This document shows positions 61,554 through 64,000 of a DNA stretch of 64,000 nt, in pieces. A program made the position numbers and the translations under genes. The notes below the pieces were generated by a model. That model made no database searches. It worked only from the letters and a program-made list of their open reading frames with translations, and was not told the origin of the DNA. This DNA comes from a virus. The DNA lies in IMG/VR virus record IMGVR_UViG_3300002835_000063, positions 1-64,000 of that record. One strand, written 5' to 3'. Positions within the stretch are counted from its first letter, which is position 1. Each line of letters starts with the position of its first letter.

Positions 61554-62735
61554 ATGGCTATTTTAAATTTTCCCGACAATCCGTTGGTAGGGGATACTTT
61601 TGAAGCATCCTCTCAGGGGGGTATTTTTGCTAATAGTACTTCAACTTGGACTTGGACTGGAACCTACTGGGAGGCAGAATCTACCGAACTAATCGTCGGT
61701 CCCACGGGCCCTACAGGGGCTACCGGAGCAACTGGGCCCCAGGGTACAAGTATTAACTTTAAAGGTTCTGTAAATACTTTTAACGATTTACCACTAAGTA
61801 ATAACATTGTAAACGATGCCTACATAAATCACGAAGACGGGGATCTCTATGTTTGGGATGGAAGCGTTTGGGACAGTGTCGGTCAAATCGTTGGCCCCCA
61901 GGGAGCCACTGGACCCACTGGAGCGACTGGTCCTCAGGGCATACAAGGAGCTACAGGTGATCAGGGACAGCAGGGACCCACTGGACCAACCGGGCCCCAA
62001 GGAACTCCAGGACTAGTTGGACCGACTGGTGCAACTGGTGCGCCTGGATTAGATGGTCTTTCCGGTCAATCAGGTTTAGATGGTGCTACTGGACCCACTG
62101 GTCCCACCGGAGCCACTGGTCCTCAAGGAGATGTTGGACCCACCGGCCCCCAGGGATTGCAGGGACAGACCGGATATACCGGTCCCACCGGAGCCACTGG
62201 CGACACCGGTCCCATCGGCCCAACTGGTGCTGCAGGTACAAACGGATTAAATGGAGATACGGGCCCCACCGGTGCAACAGGGGCAACCGGCCCAACCGGC
62301 CCACAAGGTACAAACATTAATTTTATTGCAACAGTAGCCACAGTAGCAAACTTGCCAGGTTCAGCAAATCAGAATGATGCATATATCGTTGAAGCTGATG
62401 GTGATTTGTATGTTTGGGACTCCCTAAATACCGAGTGGGATAACGTTGGACAAATTGTTGGTCCTCAGGGTCCTACTGGTGCCACAGGGCCGACTGGAGC
62501 TACGGGCAACACGGGAAGCTATACAGTATCAGCCCCTCTTTCATTAGTCGGTAGCAACATCAGCATTCAGAGTAATCCAACGTTTACCGGAAATGTTTCA
62601 GCTACTTCATTCACCGGAAACTTAATTGGAACAGCTGACAATTCATTAAAAATTGAAGGCAGAAAAATTTATGTTCAGAGTTCTGCACCAACTTCCGGCA
62701 TGTCAAATGGCGACATTTGGATTGACATTCCGTAA
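61554..62735 (+). CDS. Collagen-like fibre protein
   Basis: Gly-X-Y runs; two DGDLYVWD...VGQIVGP domains. Confidence 0.85.
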   Translation: MAILNFPDNPLVGDTFEASSQGGIFANSTSTWTWTGTYWEAESTELIVGPTGPTGATGATGPQGTSINFKGSVNTFNDLPLSNNIVNDAYINHEDGDLYVWDGSVWDSVGQIVGPQGATGPTGATGPQGIQGATGDQGQQGPTGPTGPQGTPGLVGPTGATGAPGLDGLSGQSGLDGATGPTGPTGATGPQGDVGPTGPQGLQGQTGYTGPTGATGDTGPIGPTGAAGTNGLNGDTGPTGATGATGPTGPQGTNINFIATVATVANLPGSANQNDAYIVEADGDLYVWDSLNTEWDNVGQIVGPQGPTGATGPTGATGNTGSYTVSAPLSLVGSNISIQSNPTFTGNVSATSFTGNLIGTADNSLKIEGRKIYVQSSAPTSGMSNGDIWIDIP

Positions 62736-62753
62736 AAATACCGAGGACTAATA

Positions 62754-63632
62754 ATGGCATCATATGCGGGAGACGGGGCCTTTAGCCTAAGAAATACTGT
62801 ACGGTTGTATGTACAGATAGAAACAACTTTGGTGGCTGGGGGAACTGAACTTTATATTACAGCCTACGCTCAAAGAGACCCCGGTGAAACTAGAACTCCA
62901 AATAGTTCTATTGCAACTAAATCCTACAGCGTGCCAGGAGGAAGAAGCGGCGGAGCGACAGGATCTCTTTTAGAGTCTGGATCAGCCAACTGGACTTATA
63001 ACTGGGCAACGGGAGATCCACAAATTGTTTGGAGCGGATTTTTTAGGTATATACAATTTGGACCAGGATCTGTTACCGTAAATATAGGTGCCCAGGGGGG
63101 AGGAGTAATTGGCACTGCTTCAGTTAACGTAAATGTACCCTTATTTTCTGCACCGCCATTCTTCCCACCGTTCTTCCCACCTTTCTTCCCGCCATTCTTC
63201 CCACCGTTCTTCCCACCGTCGCCGTACTGGGTAACAAATACTTTAACTTCTAGTACAGCTATAGAGGGTCAGGCATACTCCAGCACCTTCTCGGCCGTTC
63301 ACGTAAATAGTTATGCGCTATTTAGTGGAAGTTTGCCATCAGGAATTTCAATCAACTCGAGCACCGGAGTTTTATCTGGAACACCGGCCCAAGGATCAGC
63401 TGGAACTTATAATTTTGTAATTAGTGCGTCTGGGGACGGCGGAACTATTTACACTGGAACACTTACTTTAACTGTGGCCGATGATGGCGGAAAAGTAAGA
63501 GTTTATAATTCAAGCACAGGACAGTGGGAGGAAGCAACGGTTTATGTATATAACTCGGCTACTTCTCAGTGGGTTCAGTCAGATTTGTATGTTTACAATA
63601 GCAGCACTGGAACTTGGGTAAAAAGCGTTTAG
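62754..63632 (+). CDS. Structural protein with a (PPFF)5 tract and putative Ig (He_PIG-like) domain
   Basis: PPFFx5-PP; GSLPSGISINSSTGVLSGTP...GTYNFVISA; three YNSxTxxW repeats. Confidence 0.75.
   Translation: MASYAGDGAFSLRNTVRLYVQIETTLVAGGTELYITAYAQRDPGETRTPNSSIATKSYSVPGGRSGGATGSLLESGSANWTYNWATGDPQIVWSGFFRYIQFGPGSVTVNIGAQGGGVIGTASVNVNVPLFSAPPFFPPFFPPFFPPFFPPFFPPSPYWVTNTLTSSTAIEGQAYSSTFSAVHVNSYALFSGSLPSGISINSSTGVLSGTPAQGSAGTYNFVISASGDGGTIYTGTLTLTVADDGGKVRVYNSSTGQWEEATVYVYNSATSQWVQSDLYVYNSSTGTWVKSV
63153..63218 (+). repeat. Second PPFF coding repeat
   Basis: 22 codons PPFFPPFFPPFFPPFFPPFFPP. Confidence 0.95.
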
Positions 63633-63994
63633 CTAGCTGCTCGTTTTTTTCGAAGAGGCTTTTTAATTGGTTCGATAACTGGATCTTGAATTGGTTTATA
63701 GACAACGCTTGCCGGGGCGCCCTGAGCACTGTGTAGGCCCATTGTAAGATCTTTAATTAGTTCAATTTCAGTAGAAACTTTTACAACGTGCTTTTCAATG
63801 TTGTTTACTCGATCGGCTAGCGAGCTCCCACCGTTTTCCCATAGCTGATGCTCGACACGATCTAATCTATCTGATATAGTTCTGCCCTGAGCATCAGCCC
63901 CCAAAACATCGCCAATTTTTTTGGCGGTTCTATATATCCCTATAACTGCTGCAACTAAGACAGCAAACGCACTTATTGCAGCCGACACGGCCAT
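63629..63994 (-). CDS. Membrane-anchored protein (lysis-associated type); start may lie outside the window
   Basis: N-terminal TM segment; NGGSSLAD motif typical of actinophage small membrane proteins. Confidence 0.55.
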   Translation of the reverse strand: MAVSAAISAFAVLVAAVIGIYRTAKKIGDVLGADAQGRTISDRLDRVEHQLWENGGSSLADRVNNIEKHVVKVSTEIELIKDLTMGLHSAQGAPASVVYKPIQDPVIEPIKKPLRKKRAAS

Positions 63995-64000
63995 TATTAG

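Noticed and set aside
58543-62341. Many antisense and shifted ORFs (PVGPV etc.)
   Set aside because: Shadows of the collagen repeats

Overview
This window is part of a large dsDNA phage genome with a probable actinobacterial host. The evidence is WhiB, DUF3039, a class Ib nrdH-nrdI-nrdE-nrdF operon, an M23 endolysin and many leaderless TANNNT promoters. Layout: 1-6.1 kb leftward genes, including a methyltransferase, a GT61 and a candidate small structured RNA at 2815-2973; 6.1-6.6 kb an AT-rich non-coding locus with inverted heptamer arrays (candidate origin); 7.7-13.1 kb surface protein, nuclease, epimerase and endolysin; 13-42.8 kb a mostly leftward accessory block (small ORFs, carbamoyltransferase, glycosyltransferases, kinase, serine recombinase, oxygenases, subtilisin, TagD-like, WhiB, SpeD, nrd genes); 42.8-63.6 kb two paralogous fibre modules flanking a 2OG-Fe(II) oxygenase/DUF6065-like cluster. 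Best candidates for undescribed biology: (1) an FN3-(Pro-Pro-Phe-Phe)n-Hint protein directly followed by the oxygenase cluster, with a second PPFF tract ending the second fibre module, suggesting a phage protein-tailoring or RiPP-like system; (2) a hidden 15-18 bp motif, CAATARGGGCGTYTA, embedded in many unrelated genes, strongly strand-polarised and apparently flipping near the AT-rich locus; (3) a promoter- and terminator-bounded structured RNA; (4) a 14-2-14 palindrome resembling a serine-recombinase crossover site. All family calls are by-eye motif recognition; no searches were run.
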